DNA from: Nitriliruptoraceae bacterium
GTDB taxonomy: Bacteria > Actinomycetota > Nitriliruptoria > Nitriliruptorales > Nitriliruptoraceae
Length of the DNA: 64,000 nucleotides
Assembly (NCBI GenBank): GCA_003563915.1
Contig: PWTE01000261.1
Location: 29,200 to 93,199, forward strand
Direction: 5' to 3'
The notes under the pieces are model-generated. The model saw only the letters and a list, made by a program, of their open reading frames with translations, did no database searches and was not told the origin of the DNA. Of the stretch, positions 55,266-64,000 are shown piece by piece (positions within the stretch are counted from its first letter, which is position 1; each line of letters starts with the position of its first letter). The position numbers were made by a program, and so were the translations under genes.

Positions 55266-56540
55266 GTGGACACGCAGGATGGGCGGACCGATGGATCGCG
55301 GGACCCTGCCGCTGCGACCGACCACGCTCGATTGATGCGGCTGTCCGCGGCGGTCGACCAGGTGGTGGCGTGTCCACCCGACGAGCTCGATGAGTCAGGG
55401 TTGAAGGCCGAGCTGTCCAGCCTCGAGACCGAGGTCCGGCGGCTCTCCGCCCGACAGACGCGGGTCGTCGCGGCCATGACCCAACGTCGCGCGACCGCAG
55501 CCGCCCAACGCAAGGGGACCGACGAACGCCGCGAACGAGAGCGCGCCGCGCAGGACGTCCAGCGCGAGCTGACCGACGAGCACCAGTGGACGCCCAGTAG
55601 AGCCAAGGCCACCGGCAAGCTCGGACGCCAGCTGAACGGACGTCCGCAGGTCGCGGATGCCTACGACCGTGGGGATCTCCCGCCGCGCAACGCTGAGCTG
55701 CTCGGTGACCTACTGGACAAGCTCCCGCTCGATCTCCACGAGGGCGCTCTGGAACAACTGCTGCCGGCGGGTCGGCGTCAGGATGCCGTGACCTTCGGGC
55801 GTAGCTGCCGCGCGCTGCTGGCTGAACTGGACCACGACACGGCGATGCGCGACGAGGACCGTCGCCACGGCTCACGACGCGCGGCCGTGATGCAGCGGCC
55901 CGATGGGATGACCGTCCTGAGCGGGCAGTGGTCAGGCGTCGATGGGGAGCTGCTCCACACGGTGGTGCACGCCTTCCGGACCCCCGACGGCCCGGGGGGC
56001 CGCCGCAGCGCCGAGCAGCGCACCGCCGACGCGATCATCGAGGCGTTCCGGGTCGCGCTCCGCGCTGGTGAAGCGCCCGCGCAGCACGGCATCCGACCTC
56101 ACCTCATGATCACCGTGGCCCAGGCGGACCTCCAGGTGGGCCAGGGCAGCGCGGAGGGGGCTTGGACAGGACCGATCCCGGTCGGCGAGGTCGAGCACCT
56201 CCTGGGCGACGCGAGTGTGTCCCGGATCGTGCTCGATGCCAGGGGGCTGCCTCTGGAGGCCTCAGCCGAGGTGCGCACCGTTCCCGCCGGCCTGTACCGC
56301 TTCCTGCTCGTCCGCGACGGCGGGTGCATCGCCCAGGGGTGCGACGCCCCGCCCGCCTGGTGCGACGTCATGCACCTGTCGAAGGCCTTCCGCGATCAGG
56401 GCCGACTCAGCCCAGGGAACTCCGCGTTGGGTTGTCGACGCCACCACCGCAACTTCGACCGGCACGGATGGCCGGTTACCTGGGAGGACGGTCGACCGCT
56501 CCTGCGACCACCTCAGCGAAGAACCCCGGCTGGTCCCTGA
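55266..56540 (+). CDS. DUF222 / HNH-endonuclease family protein (REP13E12-like)
   Basis: GGGAGG lies 5 nt before GTG 55266. Helical DUF222-like N-terminal region. The C-terminal Cys/His cluster GCIAQGCDAPPAWCDVMH...GNSALGCRRHH resembles the HNH motif with a degenerate first His pair. Confidence 0.7.
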   Translation: MDTQDGRTDGSRDPAAATDHARLMRLSAAVDQVVACPPDELDESGLKAELSSLETEVRRLSARQTRVVAAMTQRRATAAAQRKGTDERRERERAAQDVQRELTDEHQWTPSRAKATGKLGRQLNGRPQVADAYDRGDLPPRNAELLGDLLDKLPLDLHEGALEQLLPAGRRQDAVTFGRSCRALLAELDHDTAMRDEDRRHGSRRAAVMQRPDGMTVLSGQWSGVDGELLHTVVHAFRTPDGPGGRRSAEQRTADAIIEAFRVALRAGEAPAQHGIRPHLMITVAQADLQVGQGSAEGAWTGPIPVGEVEHLLGDASVSRIVLDARGLPLEASAEVRTVPAGLYRFLLVRDGGCIAQGCDAPPAWCDVMHLSKAFRDQGRLSPGNSALGCRRHHRNFDRHGWPVTWEDGRPLLRPPQRRTPAGP

Positions 56541-56650
56541 CCGTCCAGCGTCACCGACCAGCCGTCCCCGAGCCGCACCGGCAACCGCAGCGAGCCGCCG
56601 CCCGCACGCCATCCACGGCGTGACCCGGGCCGGCCAGTGGTGCACCGATG

Positions 56651-56750
56651 CGGCCCGGTGGTGTGCTCGCCGGCACCGAGGTGCGCCCGCCGGCACGGAG
56701 GTGCGCCCGCCGGCCCGGTGGCGCGCTCGCTGGCACGGGGTGGCAGCGGT
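56651..56750. repeat. Degenerate 20-bp tandem repeat, 5 units, abutting the uvrB stop
   Basis: Units at 56651, 56671, 56691, 56711 and 56731. Units 1 and 4 (cggcccggtgg.g.gctcgc) and units 2 and 3 (cggcac.gaggtgcgcccgc) are near-identical pairs. Confidence 0.7.
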
Positions 56751-58880
56751 TCAGATGTTGGCAGCCTGCATCGCGGAGAGTTCGCGTTTGAGGTCGGCGA
56801 TCTCGTCGCGGAGGCGGGCGGCGTACTCGAAGCGTAGATCGCCGGCGGCTTCGTGCATCTCCTCCTCGAGCCGTTGGATCAGCGCCCCGAGCTCCTCCTG
56901 GGGCATCTCACTGGCGTCGATCGCTGCGTCGCTCACCGCCGCGGGCGAGTCCTCCGGCCGGTAGTCCTCGCCCTGTTCCTCGGCGCGGACCGCCGCGATG
57001 ATGTCACCGACGCGCTTACGGATCGTCTGCGGATCGATGCCGTGCTCGCGGTTGTGGGCCAGCTGCTTGTCGCGTCGGCGGGTGGTCTCGTCGAGGGCTC
57101 TACGCATGGCCTCGGTCTGGTGGTCGGCGTACATGACCACGGCGCCGTCGACGTTGCGGGCCGCGCGGCCGATCGTCTGGATCAGGGAGGTCTCGGAGCG
57201 GAGGAACCCCTCCTTGTCCGCATCCAGGATCGCGACCAGCGCCACCTCCGGGAGGTCCAGGCCTTCGCGCAGGAGGTTGATGCCGACCAGGACGTCGAAC
57301 TCGCCCAGCCGCAGCGACCGCAGGATCTCGACCCGCTCGACCGTGTCGATGTCGGAGTGGAGGTAGCGCCCCCGCACGCCGTTCTCCAACAGGTAGTCGG
57401 TGAGGTCCTCGGACATCTTCTTCGTGAGGGTCGTCACCAACACGCGCCGGTCGTGCTCGGCAGCGACGCGGATGCGTTCCATGAGGTCGTCGATCTGCCC
57501 CGAGGTCGGGCGCACCACCACCTCGGGGTCGACCAACCCGGTCGGGCGGATGATCTGTTCGGCGATCGTGTCCGACTCGCGACGCTCGTAGGGGCCAGGC
57601 GTCGCGGAGATGAACAGTCGCTGGCCGATGCGGTCCAGGAACTCGTCGAAGGTGAGTGGCCGGTTGTCGCGAGCCGAGGGCAATCGGAAGCCGTGCTCGA
57701 CCAGCGTGTCCTTGCGCGACCGATCGCCCTCGTACATCCCGCCGACCTGGGGGACGCTCACGTGGGACTCGTCGAGGAACACGACGAAGTCGTCGGGGAA
57801 GTAGTCGAGCAGCGTGTAGGGCGCCTCGCCGGGAGCGCGGCCGTCGAAGTGGCGCGAGTAGTTCTCGATGCCGTTGCAGAAACCGACCTCGCGGATCATC
57901 TCGAGGTCGTACTGCGTGCGCATACGCAGTCGTTGCGCCTCGAGCAGCTTGCCCTCCTGTTCGAAGGTCGCGAGCCGATCCTTCAGCTCGACCTCGATGC
58001 CCGCGACGGCGCGCTGGAGCGCCTCCTGCGACGACACGTAGTGCGACGCCGGGAAGATCGCCGCCTGCGAGACCGGGCGGCTGACCTCGCCGGTGACCGG
58101 GTCGACGCGGACGATGCGCTCCACCTCGTCACCGAAGAACTCGACGCGGACCGCGCGTTCGTCGTCCGCGGGGAACACCTCGAGGGTGTCGCCACGGACC
58201 CGGAAGGTCCCCCGGACGAGGTTCAGGTCGTTCCGGGAGTACTGCAGATCGACCAGCTTGCGCAGGGACGTCTCGAGGCCGGCCTCGTGGCCCTCACGCA
58301 GCGCCAGGACGTGGTCCTCGTACTCGTACGGGGAACCCAGGCCGTAGATGCACGACACCGATGCCACCACCACGACGTCGCGACGGGACAGCAGCGCCAT
58401 GGTTGCGCGGTGGCGCAGCCGATCGATCTCGTCGTTGATCGACGAGTCCTTCTCGATGTAGGTGTCGCTCGAGGGGATGTACGCCTCCGGCTGGTAGTAG
58501 TCGTAGTACGAGACGAAGTACTCGACCGCGTTGTCCGGCAGGAAGTCCCGGAACTCGTTGGCGAGCTGGGCAGCGAGGGTCTTGTTCGGCGCCATCACCA
58601 GACAGGGTCGCTGCAGGCGTTCGAGCACCTTCGCGGCGGTGAAGGTCTTGCCGGTCCCCGTCGCACCGAGCAGGGTCACGGCCCGCTCCCCCGCCTCGAA
58701 GGCCTCGCTGACCTGCTCGATCGCCTGCGGCTGGTCGCCGGAGGGCGCGAAGTCGCTGACCACGCGGAACGGCACGTCGTCGCGGACGTTGCGGTGCAAC
58801 GTCGCGCGGCGCGACGCCGTGGCCGCACGACCCGTCGCGGGATCGCCAGGTGGCGGCTCTGGGGCAGGTTCTGAACTCAC
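56751..58880 (-). CDS. uvrB: Excinuclease ABC subunit B
   Basis: [24 protein letters not shown], beta-hairpin region, helicase motifs, and the C-terminal UVR domain ([11 protein letters not shown]). The start is uncertain, with candidates GTG 58880, TTG 58799 and GTG 58775. Confidence 0.95.
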   Translation of the reverse strand: MSSEPAPEPPPGDPATGRAATASRRATLHRNVRDDVPFRVVSDFAPSGDQPQAIEQVSEAFEAGERAVTLLGATGTGKTFTAAKVLERLQRPCLVMAPNKTLAAQLANEFRDFLPDNAVEYFVSYYDYYQPEAYIPSSDTYIEKDSSINDEIDRLRHRATMALLSRRDVVVVASVSCIYGLGSPYEYEDHVLALREGHEAGLETSLRKLVDLQYSRNDLNLVRGTFRVRGDTLEVFPADDERAVRVEFFGDEVERIVRVDPVTGEVSRPVSQAAIFPASHYVSSQEALQRAVAGIEVELKDRLATFEQEGKLLEAQRLRMRTQYDLEMIREVGFCNGIENYSRHFDGRAPGEAPYTLLDYFPDDFVVFLDESHVSVPQVGGMYEGDRSRKDTLVEHGFRLPSARDNRPLTFDEFLDRIGQRLFISATPGPYERRESDTIAEQIIRPTGLVDPEVVVRPTSGQIDDLMERIRVAAEHDRRVLVTTLTKKMSEDLTDYLLENGVRGRYLHSDIDTVERVEILRSLRLGEFDVLVGINLLREGLDLPEVALVAILDADKEGFLRSETSLIQTIGRAARNVDGAVVMYADHQTEAMRRALDETTRRRDKQLAHNREHGIDPQTIRKRVGDIIAAVRAEEQGEDYRPEDSPAAVSDAAIDASEMPQEELGALIQRLEEEMHEAAGDLRFEYAARLRDEIADLKRELSAMQAANI

Positions 58881-58886
58881 GTCACT

Positions 58887-58908
58887 ACGGTAGCGGTGGC
58901 CCGTGACA
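58887..58908 (-). promoter_or_regulatory. RecA-NDp / PafBC-type promoter-like motif immediately upstream of uvrB
   Basis: Minus strand reads TGTCAcgg-gccaccgc-TACCGT, against the consensus tTGTCRgtg-N8-TAnnnT. The -10 hexamer ends 6 nt before GTG 58880. Confidence 0.4.
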
Positions 58909-58999
58909 CTCGATCACGCCGCCCGCGGGGTGCGCCAGGACCGAACCCGTCACGGCAGCTCGCCCTCGTCGCTGCGCCGATCACCCAACGGAGGATCAC

Positions 59000-60679
59000 G
59001 TGCTCGCCCTGCTCTCCGGTCTGCCGATCCTGGTGGTCCTGGCGCTGATGCTGGGCCTGCGCTGGCCGGCAGCTCGCGCCGGTGTCGTCGGGGCGGGGCT
59101 CGCGCTGCTGATCGCGCTGGGCACCTTCGGGCTCGGTCGTGATGTCCTCCCCGAGGCCGGGATCGGTGGCGGGCTGACCGGCATCCTCGCCGAGGCGACC
59201 TTCACCTCCGCCACGATCCTGTGGATCGTCCTACCCGCCCTCGCGATCCACCACCTCCAGGTCGGCAGCGGCGCTACCGAGACCCTGCGCGTCGCCCTCG
59301 GGCGGTTGTCCGACGACCCACGCATCCTCGCGCTGCTGATCGGCTGGTTCTTCGCCCTGTTCATCGAGGGCGCCGCCGGCTTCGGTGCCTCGGTCGCCCT
59401 GGCGGCGCCGTTCCTGGTGGGGCTCGGCTACCGCCCCCTCGAGGCGGTCGTGGTCGCGATGATCGGCCACGCCGTCGGTGTCTCCTTCGGGGCGATCGGC
59501 ACACCGATCGTGCCGATGGTCGCGGCGACCGACCTGAGCCCGCTCGAGCTGTCCTCGGCGAGTGCCACCTACCACGTGCTGTTCGGCTGGCTCCCGCTGG
59601 CCGTGATGGTGGTGGTCGCCTCGCGCGGGACCGGCACCCGCGCGACGGGAGCCATCTGGGGTTGGACCGCGCTGGCCGGTGCCGCGTTCCTGGTCCCGAT
59701 GTGGCTGCTGGCGCGGTTCGTCGGGCCCGAGCTTCCCACCCTCGCCGGCGCGCTGATCGGCGTGGCCACCTTCGTCGTCGCGCTGGTGCTCGCGCGGCGA
59801 CGCGCTCCATCGGCCCAGCCGGCCAGCACCGTCCTGCCACGCGAACTCGATCCGAACGAGCCCTTCCCGGTCGAGCTCGGCGCGAACCCCGACCACGAGC
59901 ACCCCGACGAAGCCGAGCCCGCGACCGACGCTGCGTCGACGCCACAGGACGGCCGGACCGCGGTTCCCGGTCCCACCGATCAGGACGTCGAGGTAACGCC
60001 GGGCGGGCTGTTGCTCGCGGGCGCGCCCTACCTCGCGCTGATCGTGCTGGTGGTCGCGACCCGGACCGTCCCCGTCATCGCCGAACCACTCGGCCGGCTG
60101 CAGCTCACCTGGGAGCTGACAGGTGGGTTCACCGGCAGCTTCTCCCCGTTGACCCACCCCGGCACGTTGTTGGTCGTGTCCTTGCTGGGCGGCGCCGCTA
60201 TCCAGCGCCTGGGCCGCGCCGCGATCGCCACCGCGTTGCGCACCACGCTCAAGCAGCTCGTCCCCGTGACCATCGCGCTGCTGGCGATGCTGCTGCTGGC
60301 CCGGACGATGGTGCGCTCGGGGATGACCGACGCGTTGGCGGAGGCCGCGGCCGGATCCGCCGGCGCGGCGTGGCCGCTGCTGGCACCACTGGTCGGGGTC
60401 CTGGGCACCTTCGTGACCGGGTCCGCGACGGCGTCGAACGTGCTGTTCACCGACCTGCAATCGGCGACCGCGCAGCAGCTCGGGCTGCCGGAGGCGCCAC
60501 TGCTCGGAGCCCAGAACTTCGGGGCCGGTGTCGGCAACGCGGTCTGTCCGCACAACATCGTCGCGGCCGGCGCCACCGTGGGGCTCGTCGGAGCCGAGGG
60601 CGACGTGCTGCGCCGAACCTTGGGGGTGACCCTGGTCTACGCGCTGCTCGGCGGTGCCGCCGCGCTGGTGCTCACCTGA
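59000..60679 (+). CDS. L-lactate permease family transporter (LctP)
   Basis: GGAGGA SD precedes GTG 59000. 559 aa and polytopic, with LctP-like N- and C-terminal halves (e.g. GAAGFG...AAPFL, ATASNVLF). Confidence 0.82.
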   Translation: MLALLSGLPILVVLALMLGLRWPAARAGVVGAGLALLIALGTFGLGRDVLPEAGIGGGLTGILAEATFTSATILWIVLPALAIHHLQVGSGATETLRVALGRLSDDPRILALLIGWFFALFIEGAAGFGASVALAAPFLVGLGYRPLEAVVVAMIGHAVGVSFGAIGTPIVPMVAATDLSPLELSSASATYHVLFGWLPLAVMVVVASRGTGTRATGAIWGWTALAGAAFLVPMWLLARFVGPELPTLAGALIGVATFVVALVLARRRAPSAQPASTVLPRELDPNEPFPVELGANPDHEHPDEAEPATDAASTPQDGRTAVPGPTDQDVEVTPGGLLLAGAPYLALIVLVVATRTVPVIAEPLGRLQLTWELTGGFTGSFSPLTHPGTLLVVSLLGGAAIQRLGRAAIATALRTTLKQLVPVTIALLAMLLLARTMVRSGMTDALAEAAAGSAGAAWPLLAPLVGVLGTFVTGSATASNVLFTDLQSATAQQLGLPEAPLLGAQNFGAGVGNAVCPHNIVAAGATVGLVGAEGDVLRRTLGVTLVYALLGGAAALVLT

Positions 60680-60697
60680 GCCCACGGCGGTCCGTGA

Positions 60698-61324
60698 TCA
60701 CATCCTCCGAGCCCGAGCATCTGCCAGTAGTGCCTCGTGGACCTCGTCCACCTGGTGGCGAAGCTCCGCGATCGTGCCCTCGTTGATGATCACCTGGTCC
60801 GCGACCTGTCGCCGACGATCGTCGTCGACCTGAGCCCGGATCCGGGCCAGCACGTCCTGTTCGTCCATGCCACGGTCGTCCACCAACCGATCGATCCGGA
60901 GCTGCTGGTCCGCCACCACCACGACCACCGCATCGAACCGAGCGGTCTGGTTGGTCTCGATCAGCAGGGGATGGTCGACCACGACCAGGTCGTCGGCCGC
61001 TGCGCCGTCACGGGCGCCGAGCTCCGCGATCCTGCTTGCGATACGCGCAGCGATGTGCGGGTGGGTGATCCGGTCGAGGTCGGCACGGGATGCCTCGTCG
61101 CGGAAGGCACGGGCAGCAAGGGCTCTCCGGTCCAGGCTCCCGTCGTCCTGCAGGATGTCTTCGCCGAAGCGATCCGCAAGCGCCACGAGCGCTGGCTCGC
61201 CCGGCTGGACGACCTCACGGGCGATCAGGTCGGCGTCGATCACCTCGGCGCCGAGCTCGGCGAAACGTGCGGCCACCGTCGACTTGCCGCTGCCGATGCC
61301 GCCGGTCAACCCCACGAGGTACAT
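60698..61324 (-). CDS. coaE: Dephospho-CoA kinase
   Basis: MYLVGLTGGIGSGKSTVA P-loop and a length of 208 aa, in the conserved position downstream of rpsA. Confidence 0.9.
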   Translation of the reverse strand: MYLVGLTGGIGSGKSTVAARFAELGAEVIDADLIAREVVQPGEPALVALADRFGEDILQDDGSLDRRALAARAFRDEASRADLDRITHPHIAARIASRIAELGARDGAAADDLVVVDHPLLIETNQTARFDAVVVVVADQQLRIDRLVDDRGMDEQDVLARIRAQVDDDRRRQVADQVIINEGTIAELRHQVDEVHEALLADARARRM

Positions 61325-61370
61325 CGGGTGGTCCCTGCTCGAAGTGGGCGGGAGGCTACCCCCGGGACGG

Positions 61371-61401
61371 GTCGAGCCCGGCCGTGGAGGCCGGGCTCGA
61401 C
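61371..61401 (-). terminator. Strong GC hairpin after rpsA (13-bp perfect stem, 5-nt loop)
   Basis: gtcgagcccggcc-gtgga-ggccgggctcgac lies 20 nt downstream of the rpsA stop. It has no U-tract, so it would be an I-shaped terminator of the type common in high-GC Actinobacteria. Confidence 0.5.
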
Positions 61402-61420
61402 ACCGTGGGCGTAGCCGGGG

Positions 61421-63127
61421 TCAGGCCTTGTCGGCCTCGTCCTCGGTGGTCGCGCTGTCCGCCGCAGGGTCCTCCTCGGTGGCTTCCTCGGCGGCAGCGT
61501 CGGCCGCGGGCTCGTCGGGAGCGGGTTCCTCCGCCGCGTCGGCAGCAGGGGCTTCCGCGGCCTCGACAGCAGGGGCCGTCTCCGCTTCGGGGGTCTCGGC
61601 CTCGGCATCGGGTGCGACCTCGTCGGGCAGCTCCGCCTCGGCGAGCGCCATCTCCTCCGGGGTCGTCTCGCCGGGGCTGGACAGTCCGGCCTGGGCGAAC
61701 GCCTGCGCGAACGCACCGGACGGGCCCGCATCGTCGCCACCGGACGAGTAGGCGGCCTCGACCGCGGGCTCCTCCTCGTAGGGGCTCTCGTCCTCGCCAC
61801 CGCCGGCCTGGGCCTGCTTCAGCGACAGGCTGATGCGGCGACGGACGGTGTCGATGTCGATGACCTTGACCTCGATCTTGTCGCCGACGTTGACGACCGC
61901 CTCGGGCACCTCGACGTGGCGTTCGGCCAGTTCGGAGATGTGGACCAACCCTTCGATCCCGTCGGCGACCTTCACGAAGGCACCGAAGGGCACGAGCTTG
62001 GTGACCTCACCGTCGACGACCTCGCCGACGGCGTGCTCACGCGCGAAGCGCTGCCACGGGTCCTCCTGGGTGGCCTTCAGCGACAGCGAGACGCGCTCGC
62101 GGTCCATGTCGACGTCCAGCACCTCGACCTCGACCTGATCGCCGACCTCGACGACCTCGGACGGGTGGTCGATGTGCTTCCAGGACAGCTCTGAGACGTG
62201 CACCAGACCGTCGACGCCGCCGAGGTCCACGAAGGCCCCGAAGTTGACGATCGAGCTGACGGTGCCGGCGCGGATCTCGCCCTTCTGTAGCGACTCGAGG
62301 AACTCGTTGCGGAACTCGCTCTGGGTCTCCTCGAGGAACTTGCGGCGGGAGAGCACGACGTTGTTCCGGTTGCGGTCGAGCTCGATGATCTTGCACTCGA
62401 GCTGCTCGCCGACGTAGGGCTGCAGGTCGCGCACGCGCCGCATCTCGACCAGGGACGCGGGCAGGAAGCCGCGCAGCCCGATGTCGAGGATGAGTCCACC
62501 CTTGACCACCTCGATCACCGTGCCGGCGACGGTGCGGTCCTCGGTGTAGATGCGCTCGATCGTGCCCCAGGCCCGCTCGTACTGGGCCCGCTTCTTGGAC
62601 AGGACGAGGCGGCCTTCCTCGTCCTCCTTCTTCATGATCAGGGCTTCGACGACGTCGCCGACGGAGACGATCTCGCTCGGGTCGACGTCCAGCTTGATCG
62701 AGAGCTCACGGGCGGGGATCACGCCCTCGGACTTCCATCCGATGTCGAGGAGGACCTCGTCGGGGTCGACCTTGACGACCACACCTTCGATGATCTTGCC
62801 GTCCTCCATGGCGAGGACGGTGCCCTCCAGGGCGGCTTCGAAGTCGTCGTCGGACAGGTCGTTCTCGACGATCACGTCACCGGTCGAGGTCAGCGTGCCG
62901 CCGGGCTCTTGGAGCACGACGACATCCGGGGTCGGAGCTTCGGATCCGGCCGGTGGGGACGCAGGCGCGGAGGGTTGCTCAGCAGCCGTGGGTTCGGCGG
63001 GCTGCTCGGGAGCTGCCGGCTCGGTGGCGGCCGCCGGCTGGTCGGACGCCGTTGTGCCTGCCTGATCGGGGGCCGGGGTGGCCTCCTGGTCGGCAACGGA
63101 GGGGTCGGGGGTCGGGGTCTCGGACAT
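61421..63127 (-). CDS. rpsA: 30S ribosomal protein S1 with extended low-complexity termini
   Basis: Four S1/OB repeats (e.g. GTVIEVVKGGLILDIG, GTVSSIVNFGAFVDLGG, GEVTKLVPFGAFVKV). These are flanked by a P/A/E/T-rich N-terminal segment and an acidic A/E/P-rich C-terminal tail. Confidence 0.93.
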   Translation of the reverse strand: MSETPTPDPSVADQEATPAPDQAGTTASDQPAAATEPAAPEQPAEPTAAEQPSAPASPPAGSEAPTPDVVVLQEPGGTLTSTGDVIVENDLSDDDFEAALEGTVLAMEDGKIIEGVVVKVDPDEVLLDIGWKSEGVIPARELSIKLDVDPSEIVSVGDVVEALIMKKEDEEGRLVLSKKRAQYERAWGTIERIYTEDRTVAGTVIEVVKGGLILDIGLRGFLPASLVEMRRVRDLQPYVGEQLECKIIELDRNRNNVVLSRRKFLEETQSEFRNEFLESLQKGEIRAGTVSSIVNFGAFVDLGGVDGLVHVSELSWKHIDHPSEVVEVGDQVEVEVLDVDMDRERVSLSLKATQEDPWQRFAREHAVGEVVDGEVTKLVPFGAFVKVADGIEGLVHISELAERHVEVPEAVVNVGDKIEVKVIDIDTVRRRISLSLKQAQAGGGEDESPYEEEPAVEAAYSSGGDDAGPSGAFAQAFAQAGLSSPGETTPEEMALAEAELPDEVAPDAEAETPEAETAPAVEAAEAPAADAAEEPAPDEPAADAAAEEATEEDPAADSATTEDEADKA

Positions 63128-63295
63128 CGGGGTCGGGGTCTCTTGTCGTCGTGGGGTCAGGGAGGACCGCCCAGAGGCGGTGTGCTGCTAAGGGTGCAGG
63201 AAACGGGCGCAGGAAGACGACCGGCGCCCGCAGGTCGCACCGGAGCCGTCAAGGGTCGCAGCAGTTCGCGTCGCTGTCAACGTAGGCTGCCGCCC

Positions 63296-63883
63296 ATGAA
63301 CCTCGCAGCGGGCCTGATCACGGGCATCGACGGAACGGTCCGCTGCTGGTGGTGCGGGGACGATCCCGAGTACGTCCGGTACCACGACGAGGAGTGGGGC
63401 GTCCCGGTCCACGACGACCGGAAACTGTTCGAGAAGCTCTGCCTCGAGGGGTTCCAAGCCGGGCTGTCGTGGTTGACGATCCTCCGGAAGCGTCCCGCCT
63501 TCCGCGCCGCCTTCGCGGACTTCGACCCGCAGCAGGTCGCGAGCTTCGGGCCAGCCGACGTGGCGCGACTCCTCCAGGATGCCGGGATCGTGCGCCACCG
63601 CGGGAAGATCGAAGCGACGATCGGCAACGCCCGCGCCTACCGTGACCTCGTCGACGAGGTCGGCTCGTTGGACGCCTACGTCTGGTCGTTCGCACCGGAG
63701 GATCCTCCGGTCCCCCGCTCCATCGACGAGGTACGCGCAACCTCACCAGAGTCGGAAGCGATGTCGAAGGACCTGAAGCGGCGGGGTTGGCGGTTCGTCG
63801 GCCCCACGACGCTGTACGCCTTCCAGCAGTCCATGGGGATCGTGGACGACCACCTCGTCGGGTGCGACCTGCGACGCGGATGA
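63296..63883 (+). CDS. tag: DNA-3-methyladenine glycosylase I
   Basis: ATG 63296 is in frame with ORF 62909..63883. RCWWCGDDPEYVRYHDEEWGVP...LCLEGFQAGLSW is the Tag zinc-snap/HhH signature. Confidence 0.9.
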   Translation: MNLAAGLITGIDGTVRCWWCGDDPEYVRYHDEEWGVPVHDDRKLFEKLCLEGFQAGLSWLTILRKRPAFRAAFADFDPQQVASFGPADVARLLQDAGIVRHRGKIEATIGNARAYRDLVDEVGSLDAYVWSFAPEDPPVPRSIDEVRATSPESEAMSKDLKRRGWRFVGPTTLYAFQQSMGIVDDHLVGCDLRRG

Positions 63884-64000
63884 CGCGGGTACCGTTCGCT
63901 CCTCCGCGACCAGCCGAGGACGTTCCGTGGTGTTCCGTCGCATCGCACGGGCCCGCCGCCCGCAGGCGACCACCGAGACCCAGCCTGACGGGTTGCCGAA

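Noticed and set aside
56853-58874. 673-aa plus-strand ORF
   Set aside because: It is antisense to uvrB, whose helicase and UVR motifs are unambiguous. It is a shadow ORF.
59780-60010. A hydrophilic loop of about 70 aa (RRRAPSAQPAS...TDQDVEVTPG) in the middle of the lactate permease, considered as a possible insertion
   Set aside because: The total length (559 aa) is normal for LctP-family proteins, which have a central cytoplasmic loop. Without an alignment I cannot show that it is an insertion.
59221-60786. 521-aa plus-strand ORF and 484-aa minus-strand ORF (59231..60685) overlapping lctP
   Set aside because: These are off-frame or antisense to the hydrophobic LctP reading frame. Their products are Arg/Pro/Gly-rich with no TM segments or motifs.
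63925-64000. A possible gene start (GTGGTGTTCCGTCGCATC...) at the right edge of the window
   Set aside because: Only about 25 codons are visible, with no motif and no clear SD. The evidence is insufficient to call it.

Overview
High-GC (about 70%) actinobacterial chromosome segment. WhiA, the Bpa proteasome activator and DUF3039/DUF3097-type proteins support this assignment. The window is densely coding, with about 55 protein genes and one tRNA, and most of it is housekeeping. From left to right it contains: pepN, a lipoate-ligase-like gene, a beta-carbonic anhydrase, a DUF3097-like gene and purK-purE; yaaA and a fused beta-phosphoglucomutase/GH65 phosphorylase; pntAA-pntAB-pntB; bpa, a cupin and an acyl-CoA dehydrogenase; a small putative accessory patch (hypothetical gene, alpha/beta hydrolase, large LuxR-type ATPase regulator, MFS); tRNA-Leu(GAG); then the long minus-strand cluster uvrC-rapZ-yvcK-whiA-gap-pgk-(tpiA)-(secG); then mscS, uvrA, ldhA-like, an MBL hydrolase, an ABC-2 exporter, a DUF222/HNH gene, uvrB, lctP, coaE, rpsA and tag. 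I found no CRISPR array, IS element, integrase or recognisable defence system. Four things stand out. (1) The normally contiguous gap-pgk-tpiA-secG block is split twice, by an ABC exporter pair and by an opp operon plus blaI/blaR1. The 3' ends of pgk and tpiA, including their stop codons, are tandemly repeated exactly at those junctions. (2) Similar short tandem arrays lie before purK and after uvrB. (3) An unlisted 31-codon Cys-rich mini-rubredoxin-like ORF has a strong SD. (4) Candidate DNA-damage regulatory sites are present: an SOS box between uvrA and ldhA, and a RecA-NDp/PafBC-like promoter abutting uvrB. All functional calls come from motif recognition by eye. Start codons were chosen from SD sequences and overlap logic and remain provisional.
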